This document shows, piece by piece, positions 1 through 9,977 of a stretch of DNA of 39,911 nt. The translations under genes were made by a program, and so were the position numbers. Position 1 is the stretch's first letter, and every line of letters starts with the position of its first letter. Source of the DNA: a virus (Duplodnaviria > Caudoviricetes); IMG/VR virus record IMGVR_UViG_3300020042_006136, positions 1 to 39,911 of that record. The stretch is one strand, 5' to 3'. The notes beneath the pieces are model-generated. The model saw only the letters and a list, made by a program, of their open reading frames with translations, made no database searches and was not told where the DNA came from.

Positions 1-121
1 TTACCTAATGCAACTGGAACTGTAGCCCTTGTTGCAAATGTGTTAGCCCTTTCTGGTGGCACTATGTCTGGTGCCATTGCAATGGGTACTAGCAAAATTA
101 CAGGTATGGGCGACCCAACAT
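1..121. repeat. Terminal direct repeat, copy 1 (assembly overlap of a circular contig)
   Basis: Bases 1-121 are identical to 39791-39911 and lie inside a gene that reads through the junction in frame. Confidence 0.95.
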
Positions 122-1296
122 TAGCCCAAGATGCTACTACTAAAATTTATGTTGATACAATTTTAGGTTCTGCTACTGCAGCAGCAACATCAGCAACTTC
201 CGCTGCTACAAGTGCAACTTCAGCAGCAACTTCTGCTACTAGTGCAGCGACTTCTGCTTCATCAGCACTTACAAGTCAGACAGCAGCAGCCTCTAGCGCT
301 ACTGCTGCAGCCACATCTGCTACTTCGGCTGCCTCTTCTGCCACCGCTGCTACAACATCTGCTACCTCAGCAGCCTCTTCAGCAACAGCAGCAGCAACAA
401 GTGCAACCTCTGCTGCAAATAGTGCAACTGCTGCTGCCGCTTCCGTAGCCACTATTCAAACTTATGCAACAAGTGCTGCTACCTCTGCAACAAGTGCAGC
501 AACATCAGCCACATCAGCGGCTACCTCAGCATCATCTGCATTAACATCTGCTAACTCAGCAGCCACATCTGCTTCAAGTGCTGCTACTTCTTATGATGAA
601 TTTGATGATAGATACTTAGGCTCAAAGACCTCTGACCCAACATTAGATAATGATGGTGGGGCTTTAATAACTGGTGCTCTTTACTTTAACTCAGTAACCA
701 ATGCTATGAAAGTTTATAGCGGTTCCTCTTGGGGAAATGTAGCCCCAGATACAACTAACTTTGTTGATAAGACAATCCTTACTGCTAAGGGTTCTATCAT
801 CTCAGCAAGTACGGCATCTACCCCTGTGGCTCTTACAGTTGCAGCAACTGATGGCTATATTCTTTCTGTATCATCTGCCACAACTTCAGGACTTGCTTGG
901 ATTGCTAATGATGTTGGTGACATTACTGGCGTAACTGCTGGTACTGGTTTATCAGGTGGTGGTACCTCTGGAGCCGTAACCTTAAACCTAGCCAATACTG
1001 CAGTAACTGCTGCTTCATATACTTACACAAGTTTAACCGTTGATGCTCAAGGTCGCTTAACTGCAGCATCAAATGGAACTACCCCAGTAACCTCTATTAC
1101 TTCAGGTAGCACAACTAGAATATCTATTGGTGGTACCACCTCGGTACCAACCGTAGATTTAGTAACTACAGCAGTAACTCCTGCTACTTACACCCTCTCT
1201 ACTATTACCGTAGATGCTTACGGTAGAATCACCTCTGCCTCCACAGGAGTTGCAGCAGGAGAAACATTTAATCCACTACTACTGATGGGAGCCTAA
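1..1296 (+). CDS. Tail fibre protein, 3' part (gene starts at 39191 and wraps; about 631 aa)
   Basis: Frame open from base 1; SATSAAT-type Ala/Ser/Thr repeats and repeated TVDAxGRxTxA fibre motifs. Confidence 0.8.
   Translation, partial: LPNATGTVALVANVLALSGGTMSGAIAMGTSKITGMGDPTLAQDATTKIYVDTILGSATAAATSATSAATSATSAATSATSAATSASSALTSQTAAASSATAAATSATSAASSATAATTSATSAASSATAAATSATSAANSATAAAASVATIQTYATSAATSATSAATSATSAATSASSALTSANSAATSASSAATSYDEFDDRYLGSKTSDPTLDNDGGALITGALYFNSVTNAMKVYSGSSWGNVAPDTTNFVDKTILTAKGSIISASTASTPVALTVAATDGYILSVSSATTSGLAWIANDVGDITGVTAGTGLSGGGTSGAVTLNLANTAVTAASYTYTSLTVDAQGRLTAASNGTTPVTSITSGSTTRISIGGTTSVPTVDLVTTAVTPATYTLSTITVDAYGRITSASTGVAAGETFNPLLLMGA
160..590 (+). repeat. Coding imperfect ~21-nt (SATSAAT) repeats
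   Basis: Heptad Ala/Ser/Thr repeats in translation, typical of a fibre stalk. Confidence 0.8.
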
Positions 1297-1299
1297 CTA

Positions 1300-1629
1300 A
1301 TGGCTACAACTTATAAAGTCCTGGGTCAGGTAAACCCACTGGCAACAACAGCAACAACGGCATATACCGTGCCTTCGGCTACGGAAACTGTAATATCAAC
1401 TATTGCAGTTGCTAATACAGGTGCTTATCCAACTACATATCGTATTGCGGTAAGACCTAATGGGGAGGTTTTGGCTACCAAACACTATGTAGCCTATGAC
1501 GCTACAATAGCCCCACAGGATACGGTAACTTTAACTATAGGAATAACCCTAGATGCTACAGATGTTGTAACCGTTTATGCAGAAACAGCAACATTAGCAT
1601 TTAATCTATTCGGAAGCGAGATTGCATAA
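1300..1629 (+). CDS. Small virion/tail-associated protein
   Basis: 109 aa, Thr-rich and beta-like; resembles 3654-3956; tail module context. Confidence 0.6.
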   Translation: MATTYKVLGQVNPLATTATTAYTVPSATETVISTIAVANTGAYPTTYRIAVRPNGEVLATKHYVAYDATIAPQDTVTLTIGITLDATDVVTVYAETATLAFNLFGSEIA

Positions 1630-2771
1630 TGGCTACAGGTAATATTAGAAATCCAATTAGGGCTACAAGAAACTATGCAAAACCTACTTCACCTACTACA
1701 TCAACTGCTACTACTGCAGCAGATACTACAAGTTTAACTGTTACTTTCACACCAAGCACACTTGGTCCTGCAGCAACATCTTATGTAGTAACTGGCACCT
1801 CTACAAGTGGTTCTACTGTTAGTGCAACATTAACTACATCCCCTACTACAGTTGCTGGATTTACTGGCGGTGCAACATATGATGTAACACTTGCACCACA
1901 AAACTATAATGGTATTGGAACTGCAATTACAGCAGGAAGTGCATTAAGTATTCCAACAGTTTATGGATTACAACAAACTTTTAATACTAGTGGAACCTAT
2001 ACTGTTAATATTGGACAAACTAAAATTGCTGCTTATGTAATTTCAGCAGGAGGAGGTGGTGGCGGAGGTGCTTCATCCCACGGTAGCCGAGTAGGTACTG
2101 GCGGAGGCGGAGGAGGCGGTGCTGGTATTGCAGGATTTAAAGACTTTACTGTAACTGCTGGACAAACTGTAACTATTACTATTGGCGCTGGAGGAAATGC
2201 TGGTAATGGAGGAGTGATTAACACAAACCCCGCAGGCGGAGCAGGCGGTTCTGGCGGAATATCTAAAATTACTTATGGTGGCGTTGATATTGCTACTACT
2301 AATGGTGGCAGCGGTGGTAATGGCGGAGGTACAGCAGAAAATGCAGCAGGAAACCGAGGAACTGGTGGTAGTGGTGGAACAGCATCAAGCAATGTTAACG
2401 CTGCTATAACAGTTACTGGTACTACAGGCGGTAATGGCAAAGGAGTAAATTTTGCAAATTCTAATGCAGGAAGTCTTCAAAGTTCTAATTCTAATATAAG
2501 TGGTTCAAATAACATTACCGCAATACTTCCATCTAATACTATTGCTGGAAGTGGCGCAGGGGCTGGTGATGGTCATAGTGGTGTAGGTGGCGGAGGTGGT
2601 AGTTCGTCCTCTGGTGGCGTAAATGGCGCAGCAGGAGGTAGTGGAACGGCTACTGGTGGCGGTGGAGGTGCTGGAGTTTATGGCGACCAACCAGGATTCC
2701 CTGGAGGAAGTGGAACAAGTGGTGCTGGTGGAGCAGGTTTTGCAGGACGAATAATACTTTACACAGCATAA
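1629..2771 (+). CDS. Glycine-rich tail fibre/adhesin with FN3-like N-terminal region
   Basis: SLTVTFTP...ATSYVVT...YDVTLAPQN (FN3-like), then FNTSGTYTV...GGGGGG glycine-rich domain. Confidence 0.7.
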   Translation: MATGNIRNPIRATRNYAKPTSPTTSTATTAADTTSLTVTFTPSTLGPAATSYVVTGTSTSGSTVSATLTTSPTTVAGFTGGATYDVTLAPQNYNGIGTAITAGSALSIPTVYGLQQTFNTSGTYTVNIGQTKIAAYVISAGGGGGGGASSHGSRVGTGGGGGGGAGIAGFKDFTVTAGQTVTITIGAGGNAGNGGVINTNPAGGAGGSGGISKITYGGVDIATTNGGSGGNGGGTAENAAGNRGTGGSGGTASSNVNAAITVTGTTGGNGKGVNFANSNAGSLQSSNSNISGSNNITAILPSNTIAGSGAGAGDGHSGVGGGGGSSSSGGVNGAAGGSGTATGGGGGAGVYGDQPGFPGGSGTSGAGGAGFAGRIILYTA

Positions 2772-2791
2772 TTAAAACAAATGGGGGCAAA

Positions 2792-3478
2792 ATGAAAGAG
2801 ATAACATTTACTAATGTGCTTGGGTTGGATTTTTTTCCACCCAAGCCAGCAGTAAAAGAAGTACCAGACTGGTATAGAAATACACCAGAGTATATTGGTG
2901 AACAAGGTAAAAAAATTACTGAATCAGGAAATACTGCTCATACAATTAAGAAATGCATACCTGTATTTGATGCTATAACTGCTGGGTATATTTTTTATAC
3001 TCAAGTAGATGTACAAATATCACAGGCAGATGATTTACCTTATTACACTTGGTCAGACCAAGGTGCTATTTCTTTTCATCCAATAGAACAAGCCCCATTA
3101 CATCCAGCACGAAATGAAGCACCATATCCTAAATGGAATAATCCTTATGCGATTACTACCCCACCTGGATATTCAGTCTTATTTACAGCACCAATGCACA
3201 GAGAATCTGTATTCACTATCCTTGATGGCATAGTAGATACCGACCAATATAAAGCCCCAGTTAATTTTCCATTTGTATTAAACGATACTAAATGGGAAGG
3301 CATAATCCCAGCAGGAACTCCAATGGCTCAGGTAATACCATTTAAACGAGAGTCTTGGGAACACAAAATAGGCTCTGATAAAGAGCGTATAGAACAAGAT
3401 AAAATAACTAAAAAATTAAAGACCTTGTTCTTTAATTCTTACAAACGACAATTCTGGTCACGAAAGGAATATAGATAA
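2792..3478 (+). CDS. Conserved phage protein (DUF6065-like, possible dUTPase-like beta fold)
   Basis: TIKKCIPVFDAITAGY, TPPGYSVLF, GIVDTD, GTPMAQVIPFKRE motifs recalled from aquatic phage proteins. Confidence 0.5.
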   Translation: MKEITFTNVLGLDFFPPKPAVKEVPDWYRNTPEYIGEQGKKITESGNTAHTIKKCIPVFDAITAGYIFYTQVDVQISQADDLPYYTWSDQGAISFHPIEQAPLHPARNEAPYPKWNNPYAITTPPGYSVLFTAPMHRESVFTILDGIVDTDQYKAPVNFPFVLNDTKWEGIIPAGTPMAQVIPFKRESWEHKIGSDKERIEQDKITKKLKTLFFNSYKRQFWSRKEYR

Positions 3479-3645
3479 TGGCAAACTTTGCTGTAATCAA
3501 AGACGGAATCATTGAGAATTGCATAGTAGCAGATTCTTTAGCGATTGCTGAAGAAGTAACAGAGGCTACTTGCATTGAGTACACAGTACCTTCAATCGGT
3601 GGAACCTATGTTGATGGTAAATTTATCGCTCCAGTAGGAGAGTAA
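3478..3645 (+). CDS. Small protein, possible fibre assembly chaperone (55 aa, not in ORF track)
   Basis: MANFAVIKDGIIENCIVAD...IGGTYVDGKFIAP; start overlaps previous stop (TAATG). Confidence 0.6.
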   Translation: MANFAVIKDGIIENCIVADSLAIAEEVTEATCIEYTVPSIGGTYVDGKFIAPVGE

Positions 3646-3653
3646 GGAACAAA

Positions 3654-3956
3654 ATGGCAGATACATCAATAACCCTATTCAGAGGTGCAGCAGCAACTTC
3701 TAGCACAACTCTATACACATCTCCAGCGAGTGTAGCCGTAGCCGTAACTAACATTGCTATTACAAATACAACCACTGGTACTGTAACTGCAACAGTTAAC
3801 TTAGCCACCATAGCATTAGTAAGTGGTATGTCAGTTCCAGCAAACTCTACACAGTTTATTGACCTAGAGCAGATTGTTTACAATGCTGAAACCATTACTG
3901 GTACTGCATCTACAACTGCAGTTAACTTCCACATTGCAGGTTACGAGGTTTACTAA
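3654..3956 (+). CDS. Small virion/tail-associated protein
   Basis: 100 aa, TTLYTSP...VTNIAITN; paralogue-like to 1300-1629; AAGGA RBS. Confidence 0.6.
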   Translation: MADTSITLFRGAAATSSTTLYTSPASVAVAVTNIAITNTTTGTVTATVNLATIALVSGMSVPANSTQFIDLEQIVYNAETITGTASTTAVNFHIAGYEVY

Positions 3957-4462
3957 TGAGTATTTCATTAGTTCCTAGTACACCTCACGAGGGTTTGACT
4001 TTACTGTCTACAACTACCTTATCTGGTGCATCAGTAACACTTTCATCAATTCCACAAACTTATAGAGATTTAAAAATAGTAATTAGAAACATTAAACCTG
4101 CTACCGATGATGCTGAATTTGTAGCAAGATTTAACGGAGATTCTGGAGCAAGATATAACACTTTATCAAGTCCAGCAACAAGTAACACTTATACTGCAAC
4201 TCAATTATATATTGCTGAAAAAAATGATAACAGCGTTGCAACTGGTCTAACTATGTGGAATATTTATGACTATACAAACACTACAACTTGGAAATATGCA
4301 AAAAGTACATCAATTACAGTTAATGGTACTACAACTACCAGTTTTAATTATGTTTTTTATTCTAATTTTTACAATCAAATTGATGCCATTTCAAGTATTT
4401 ATGTAGCCCCAAGTACAGGCAATTTTACATCAGGCACACTATTACTTTACGGAGTTAATTAA
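3956..4462 (+). CDS. Putative tail fibre head/receptor-binding domain protein
   Basis: LLSTTTLSGASVTLSSIPQTYRDLKIV...FTSGTLLLYGV pattern; coupled by TAATG. Confidence 0.55.
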   Translation: MSISLVPSTPHEGLTLLSTTTLSGASVTLSSIPQTYRDLKIVIRNIKPATDDAEFVARFNGDSGARYNTLSSPATSNTYTATQLYIAEKNDNSVATGLTMWNIYDYTNTTTWKYAKSTSITVNGTTTTSFNYVFYSNFYNQIDAISSIYVAPSTGNFTSGTLLLYGVN

Positions 4463-4704
4463 TGACTAATCCAATGATTCGTATACACGATATATCAACA
4501 CATACAATTACAGACCGTGAGATGACTGCCGAAGAGTTTGCTCAATATGAAGCAGACCAAGCAGCCTCAGCAGCACGAGTTGTAGCCGAAGCAGAAGCCA
4601 AGGCAGCAGAAGAAGCAGCAAAGCAACAGGCATTTAATGATGCCGTAGCAGCAGCAGTTGCTGCAGCATTGGCTGCACAACAGACACCAGTAGTAGAGGA
4701 ATAA
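4462..4704 (+). CDS. Hypothetical protein, possible fibre chaperone
   Basis: 80 aa, DREMTAEEFAQ then Ala-rich helix; coupled to upstream gene. Confidence 0.55.
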   Translation: MTNPMIRIHDISTHTITDREMTAEEFAQYEADQAASAARVVAEAEAKAAEEAAKQQAFNDAVAAAVAAALAAQQTPVVEE

Positions 4705-4786
4705 CTCAGAAGTGTTACCCAATGTCCCCTGGGTAGAACTACACCCGAACATGTGTTTAAACTGTTCATTAATTTAAGGAAATAAA

Positions 4787-5413
4787 TTGCCAGAACTTAA
4801 TGCTAACATCCCACCAATAGAGTGCTATGTGCGGGGCAACTTCCTACGCAATCAAAAAGATAGCCATGATAAGTACTTTCCTTGCGTAGTCTTTGGTGTT
4901 TCTACTATTAAAAGTAGAAGTCCACTCTTTCATCTTATGATGGAGGATGGTGGGTTATGGTGGCGTATGCCTATTAATGCCTTCTGTGCAGAGCCTAATA
5001 CTCCAGAGGCTGACCTACATAACCTAGTACTATGGAATTCTTTTAGTAGCCACATAGCAGTAACTAAGTTTGAAAATCTTACTAACTTAAAAATGTCCTA
5101 CATTGATAGGACAAAGACAATGCACAAGGGTACATATCTTTTTACACTTGATTGGCATAATCCTGATACCAACATACTAGATGATGGCTACTCAGAGAGT
5201 CCATCAGAGCACAAGTGTGGTCATGTTATCCAAAGAGATGATGGCAACTTTGCTATCCAACCTAATAATAGAGTTCGTATTTACGAACCATCCTTTACTT
5301 TAAAGAAAGATTTTGTTATTGATAGGGTTATCAACGAAAGAAAATGGGATGTTGAGAACCAAGATAAATGGAAGTTAGAAGATTCTAATAGGTTTAATTA
5401 CGATATTACATAG
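4787..5413 (+). CDS. Conserved phage hypothetical protein
   Basis: 208 aa, TTG start after AAGGA; LNANIPP...YLFTLDW...EHKCGH...QPNNR motifs. Confidence 0.7.
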   Translation: MPELNANIPPIECYVRGNFLRNQKDSHDKYFPCVVFGVSTIKSRSPLFHLMMEDGGLWWRMPINAFCAEPNTPEADLHNLVLWNSFSSHIAVTKFENLTNLKMSYIDRTKTMHKGTYLFTLDWHNPDTNILDDGYSESPSEHKCGHVIQRDDGNFAIQPNNRVRIYEPSFTLKKDFVIDRVINERKWDVENQDKWKLEDSNRFNYDIT

Positions 5414-5421
5414 GGAGATAG

Positions 5422-7392
5422 ATGGCTAATAGTAGACCACCTGATATATCTGAACGCGTATACATTGACCTCTCAGGTCGTATTGCAACTTACTTTGACC
5501 CAACTACTTATAAATTTGATGTTGCTGTAGGTGGTATGCCTTTCATCTATGCTATTACAGATGACACTCCATACCGTAGACAAACTGCAGAGTTTAGAAC
5601 AGCCCGTGTAGACCAACTTCGTGACCCAGGTGAGCAATCATTATCAGGTTCGGGTTATTGGATTCGTTCTCAATCATCATTTCATTTAGGTGAAGGTGCC
5701 ATTTACCAAGAGCCTATTGTTGGCTCACTTAATGAGGCTCGCTTTCGTTACTCTAGTTCAGTAGGTATTAACCCATGGACTCCAGGACAAATATCTTTAT
5801 TAAAAAGAACCTCTTTACAAGAGGCTGCAACTGGTGACAGTCGTGTATTTAGCACATCAATTAGTGGAGTAGAGTATTTAATATTAGTTAACTATGCCTC
5901 TGCGGAAACTAAGCGTGTAGTAAGGATTCAAGTAAGTAACCTTAGTGAAAGCACTATTCTAAATAATACCGATATTACTGAGGATATTATTGCTGTTGCT
6001 ATGGGTGGTAATGACCTAATGATAGTTACTCCTACCAAAATTTTCCGTTATTCTTTTGATGCTAGTAGCCCTGCTATCCATCAAGATTATGCAATTAACT
6101 CAGCCGATGCTGTGTCTGGCACTATTGCATTTGTTAAAAATCGTTTTATATTTGCATACCACGATACTGCTAAAAATACATTTGTATACTCAGTACCACG
6201 CAATACTAGTACTTCAGTTAACTTAAGTACTTTAACTGCAATTAATGGTAGTAGTTCAATACCCCTTGGATACACCTTCCGAGCCATTGCTGAGGCGGGT
6301 GCTGCTATTTATGTTGGCGGATTTTCAGGTGAGCAGGGCAATGTCTATAAAATTACAGTAGCCAATGATGGTACTTTAAATACTATGACCAGTGTAGTTA
6401 CACTACCTGGTGGCGAAACCGTTACTGGTTTATTTGGATACCTTGGAACATATATTATTATTGGTACTAGTGCAGGAGTAAGAGTTGCAATAGCCAATGA
6501 TACTGGTGACTTATCCTACGGACCACTTGTATTTGAATCATCAAAAGGTATTTTTAAGATGAGTGCTTATAGCAAATTTATCTATGTTGGTGTTGACTCA
6601 GGCGTAGGTGGTAACTCTGGTATCTACCGAATAGATTTATCACAACCACTAGAGGGTGGTACCTACCCTTACGCCACTGATGTATATGCTGATTCAGTAA
6701 CAGGTAAAGTAGAAGGCGTTGCTGTTATGGCTGGTGGTCGTCTAGCCTTCTGTGTAAATGGTGATGGTTTATTTATAGAACATGCTACAGAATTATTAGA
6801 ATCAGGTGAGTTAACTACAGGTATTATCCGTTATGAAACCCTTGAAAACAAAGCATGGAAGCGCCTTAAGATACGCACTGAATCTGCATTAGAAGGTGAT
6901 ATAGATATTTTTCGTGTAGAAAATGGTGTTGCAGAATCTTTTAGAACAGTTGAGGAAGGAAGTTCCACGGATTATGACTACGACTTATCCTCGGTTTTTG
7001 GCGATGTTAATGTTGAAGCGCAGTTTAAATTCCGCCTCTATCGCAACGCGACCACGGCAACATTGGGTGCAACAATGTCTGGTTACTCCGTTAAGGCTTT
7101 GCCTACTCCTACTCGCGCTCGCGTTATTCAGTTTCCTCTCTTTTGTTTTGATTCTGAGCGTGACCGTCTTAAAAATATTATGGGATTTGAAGGATACGCC
7201 CTTGCTCGCCTTCAAGCGTTGGAACAAAAAGAAGCACAAGGTGAAACTATAATTATCCAAGACTTTACAGCAGGTGGTGAACCCATTGAGGCTGTTATTG
7301 AACAAGTAACATTTACTAGAACAACACCACCAAACGGTAACTACACTGGTTGGGGTGGCATCATACAAATCACGGCAAGAACTGTCGTATAA
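5422..7392 (+). CDS. Virion structural protein, probable tail nozzle (tubular protein B-like)
   Basis: 656 aa, beta-rich, last gene before lysis cassette; function from size and context. Confidence 0.5.
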   Translation: MANSRPPDISERVYIDLSGRIATYFDPTTYKFDVAVGGMPFIYAITDDTPYRRQTAEFRTARVDQLRDPGEQSLSGSGYWIRSQSSFHLGEGAIYQEPIVGSLNEARFRYSSSVGINPWTPGQISLLKRTSLQEAATGDSRVFSTSISGVEYLILVNYASAETKRVVRIQVSNLSESTILNNTDITEDIIAVAMGGNDLMIVTPTKIFRYSFDASSPAIHQDYAINSADAVSGTIAFVKNRFIFAYHDTAKNTFVYSVPRNTSTSVNLSTLTAINGSSSIPLGYTFRAIAEAGAAIYVGGFSGEQGNVYKITVANDGTLNTMTSVVTLPGGETVTGLFGYLGTYIIIGTSAGVRVAIANDTGDLSYGPLVFESSKGIFKMSAYSKFIYVGVDSGVGGNSGIYRIDLSQPLEGGTYPYATDVYADSVTGKVEGVAVMAGGRLAFCVNGDGLFIEHATELLESGELTTGIIRYETLENKAWKRLKIRTESALEGDIDIFRVENGVAESFRTVEEGSSTDYDYDLSSVFGDVNVEAQFKFRLYRNATTATLGATMSGYSVKALPTPTRARVIQFPLFCFDSERDRLKNIMGFEGYALARLQALEQKEAQGETIIIQDFTAGGEPIEAVIEQVTFTRTTPPNGNYTGWGGIIQITARTVV

Positions 7393-7406
7393 CTTAAGGA
7401 ACCATA

Positions 7407-7601
7407 ATGACCCCTGCTGATTGGGCTGCTTTTGCAGTAGCCTTAACTACTCTCATTGGAACACTAGCGATAACAGTAAGACACTTAGTTAAATACTATT
7501 TGTCCGAACTTCGCCCAAATGGAGGCACAAGTCTGCGTGATTCCGTTGACCGACTAGAACGACAGGTTGAAGAAATAATGAGGTTATTAATACAAAGATG
7601 A
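7407..7601 (+). CDS. Membrane protein, holin-like
   Basis: One N-terminal TM helix, then ELRPNGGTSLRDSVDRLE; directly upstream of endolysin. Confidence 0.6.
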   Translation: MTPADWAAFAVALTTLIGTLAITVRHLVKYYLSELRPNGGTSLRDSVDRLERQVEEIMRLLIQR

Positions 7602-8056
7602 GTTTAATAAAAATAGCAAAAGCAGAGATAGGCTATACCGAAGAAGGTAAGTCTAATGATAATAAGTACGGTAAATGGTATGGACTTAACAATAATCCTT
7701 GGTGCGCTATGTTTGTATCGTGGTGCTTTGACCAAGTAGGTGAGGTTAAGAAAGTAGCAGCACAGAACGCAAAGGGATTTGCTTCTTGTGCAGCAGGACT
7801 TAAATGGTTTGCTAGTAAAAACAAGTTAATACCTGTAGGTCAAGCCCAAGAAGGTGATATAGTATTTTTCCAATTTGATGCTGACTCAGAACCAGACCAT
7901 GTTGGGATAGTTAAATGGAACAACACTACGCTGAAATATCTACAAGTAATTGAGGGTAATACCTCAAGTGGTAAAGCAGGTAGTCAATCAAATGGAGATG
8001 GTGTGTATCTTAGGAAACGCTCCTACTCCCTCGTAATGGGCGTTGCACGCCCTTAA
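7598..8056 (+). CDS. Endolysin, CHAP-domain amidase/peptidase
   Basis: PWCAMFVSW (catalytic Cys), GDIVFF, DHVGIV (His), IEGN. Confidence 0.9.
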   Translation: MSLIKIAKAEIGYTEEGKSNDNKYGKWYGLNNNPWCAMFVSWCFDQVGEVKKVAAQNAKGFASCAAGLKWFASKNKLIPVGQAQEGDIVFFQFDADSEPDHVGIVKWNNTTLKYLQVIEGNTSSGKAGSQSNGDGVYLRKRSYSLVMGVARP

Positions 8057-8059
8057 AGG

Positions 8060-8278
8060 ATGGATATGAAAAACCTAATCGCTAAGTTAAAAGACCCAAA
8101 GACTAAGGCTGCATTTAAGTCTTACCTACGGGCTGTACTAGCATCAGCAATTACTATGGGACTAGCCCTTGTTGCTGACCTAGCACCTGAGCAGGCTATC
8201 CTTATCGGCGCTCTAGCAGGACCATTGGCTAAGTGGGCAGATAAGACTGAAAAAGAATACGGCTTAGGCGCTGAGTAA
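8060..8278 (+). CDS. Holin-like membrane protein
   Basis: 72 aa with two hydrophobic segments, follows endolysin. Confidence 0.6.
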   Translation: MDMKNLIAKLKDPKTKAAFKSYLRAVLASAITMGLALVADLAPEQAILIGALAGPLAKWADKTEKEYGLGAE

Positions 8279-8293
8279 AATTTAATACTGTTT

Positions 8294-8350
8294 AAACAAA
8301 AGACCCCCGCAGTCAAGAGAAATCTTGATTAGCGGGGGCTTTTTGTTTTT
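8294..8350. terminator. Bidirectional intrinsic terminator
   Basis: AAACAAAAGACCCCCGC...GCGGGGGCTTTTTGTTTTT between convergent genes. Confidence 0.85.
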
Positions 8351-8407
8351 CCCTAGCAGGTAAGTTGTTACACCAAGGGTTCCCCGCCTTAATGCAACCC
8401 CATTACA

Positions 8408-8620
8408 CTAGCACTTGTTTACATCAATAGGTGTAGGTGCAGTTAATATTGCACCACACAATGCACACTCTGCTTCTGTAAACCAAAGTATAATTTCACC
8501 ATCTTCAAAGATACATACTGTCTTAAGTAACTGCGAACCACAAGGACAAACATGGGTTGGTATGCCACTATAGTCACACCTTAGAAAGCGTTGCCTCCGT
8601 TTCCACTTCAGCAACCACAT
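8408..8620 (-). CDS. Small Cys-rich (zinc-binding) protein
   Basis: CPCGS...CALCG; ACAGGAG is not upstream on this strand, start uncertain. Confidence 0.65.
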   Translation of the reverse strand: MWLLKWKRRQRFLRCDYSGIPTHVCPCGSQLLKTVCIFEDGEIILWFTEAECALCGAILTAPTPIDVNKC

Positions 8621-8722
8621 ACACTTAACCCGTTCTGCACGAACAGGAGTATAGTCCTAGCATAAAATTTTTTAATTACAATAGTGTAATTTGTAGAGCG
8701 TGTCGCAGGATAGAGGAGTGAG

Positions 8723-9589
8723 GTGCATGTAGACTTTGCTATTGATATGACACTTGAAGAAAAAACAGGTAAGCCCTACATCAGCCATAGTGCCATGAGT
8801 TCATGGCTTAATTGTGGTTGGGCGTACTATCTTACCAGAATACAGAAAGTCGCTGAAAACCCCTCTCACTGGCTTGTGGGGGGCAAATCTTTACATGAGG
8901 CAACAGAAATATATGACTCAATTTCAACCTTAGAAAACGAATTTAATCCTACCGCAGTATTTACTCAACGATGGGAAGAGAACTACCGTCTTGCTGACAA
9001 TGGTATGCCGTTCCGTACTGGTGGCAGGGCTACTAGAGAGTATCCAAATAAAGAGGATGCAAACTGGTGGTTGGAAAATGGTCCCAAGATGGTAGATTTT
9101 TGGATTCAGTTTCGTCAAGATAGTGGGTATCAGCCATACCAATTATCAGGTGGAGAGTTTGCCATTGAAACTGAACTCAATGTAGAAATTGGTGGCATAC
9201 TAATGAAGGGATTTTTAGACAGACTTATGGTTTCACCAGCAGGTGAACTCGTAGTTGTGGATATTAAAACCTCCAAACAAGCACCAATTACTTACACACA
9301 ATTAGGTACCTACGCAATTATGTGTGAGAAAGCAATAGGTGTGCGACCTGTTAAAGGCGCATACTTTATGGCTCGTAGTGGTGAACTAACTCATCCAGTA
9401 GAGTTGTCGCACTACACTGAAAAGCGTTTAGCCTCACAAGTTAAAGGCTTTAAGACGGCAGTTGATAACAATATATTTATACCACAGCCAGGCTTTATGT
9501 GTGGTACATGTTCTGTTAATCATGCTTGCTATGCAGTACAAGGTAAAGAATCACACAAATATCCCGAACTAGGAGAAACAAATGAGTGA
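8723..9589 (+). CDS. PD-(D/E)XK nuclease, RecB/Cas4-like exonuclease
   Basis: ISHS...C, GFLDR...VVDIKT, QLGTYA, C-terminal CGTC...C; alternative ATG at 8747. Confidence 0.85.
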   Translation: MHVDFAIDMTLEEKTGKPYISHSAMSSWLNCGWAYYLTRIQKVAENPSHWLVGGKSLHEATEIYDSISTLENEFNPTAVFTQRWEENYRLADNGMPFRTGGRATREYPNKEDANWWLENGPKMVDFWIQFRQDSGYQPYQLSGGEFAIETELNVEIGGILMKGFLDRLMVSPAGELVVVDIKTSKQAPITYTQLGTYAIMCEKAIGVRPVKGAYFMARSGELTHPVELSHYTEKRLASQVKGFKTAVDNNIFIPQPGFMCGTCSVNHACYAVQGKESHKYPELGETNE

Positions 9590-9974
9590 TAGCACACCAA
9601 TACAAATCAACTTCAAAACTAAAAAAGATGGCATGTTAATTAACCTTCGTGCAAACGATGGTGCCGAACTTGATTTACTAATGACACAAGTTAGCGAGCG
9701 CCTTGCAGCGTTAGTTGATTTAGAAAAAACAGTTGAGGGTATGGCAGTAGTTAAAAATGCTTTCCCTAATGCACAAGTAATTAGTTCAACACCCAATACA
9801 CCAACATCAGCAGCACCAACTGGTGCGCCAGTATGTGATGGTGGCGCATGTAGTGGAGCACCAATGCGCTTTGTACCAGCAGGTATTGCTAAGGCAACTG
9901 GTCGCCCTTACAAGGCGTTCTATGCTTGTCCACTTCCACAAGGTCAGGCTTGTAACAAAAAAGTACCAGCATAA
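9582..9974 (+). CDS. Hypothetical protein with C-terminal zinc finger
   Basis: C..C...GRPYKAFYACP...C; AGGAG RBS. Confidence 0.65.
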   Translation: MSDSTPIQINFKTKKDGMLINLRANDGAELDLLMTQVSERLAALVDLEKTVEGMAVVKNAFPNAQVISSTPNTPTSAAPTGAPVCDGGACSGAPMRFVPAGIAKATGRPYKAFYACPLPQGQACNKKVPA

Positions 9975-9977
9975 AAA

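Noticed and set aside
1-121. Biological terminal repeat
   Set aside because: It falls mid-gene and its length fits an assembler k-mer overlap
212-448. Alternative-frame and antisense ORFs here and across the large genes
   Set aside because: Shadows of low-complexity or codon-biased real genes
1629-4462. Diversity-generating retroelement acting on fibres
   Set aside because: No reverse transcriptase or template/variable repeat pair seen
8723-9589. Cas4 as part of a CRISPR system
   Set aside because: Stand-alone RecB/Cas4-like nucleases are common in phage replication modules; no array or other cas genes
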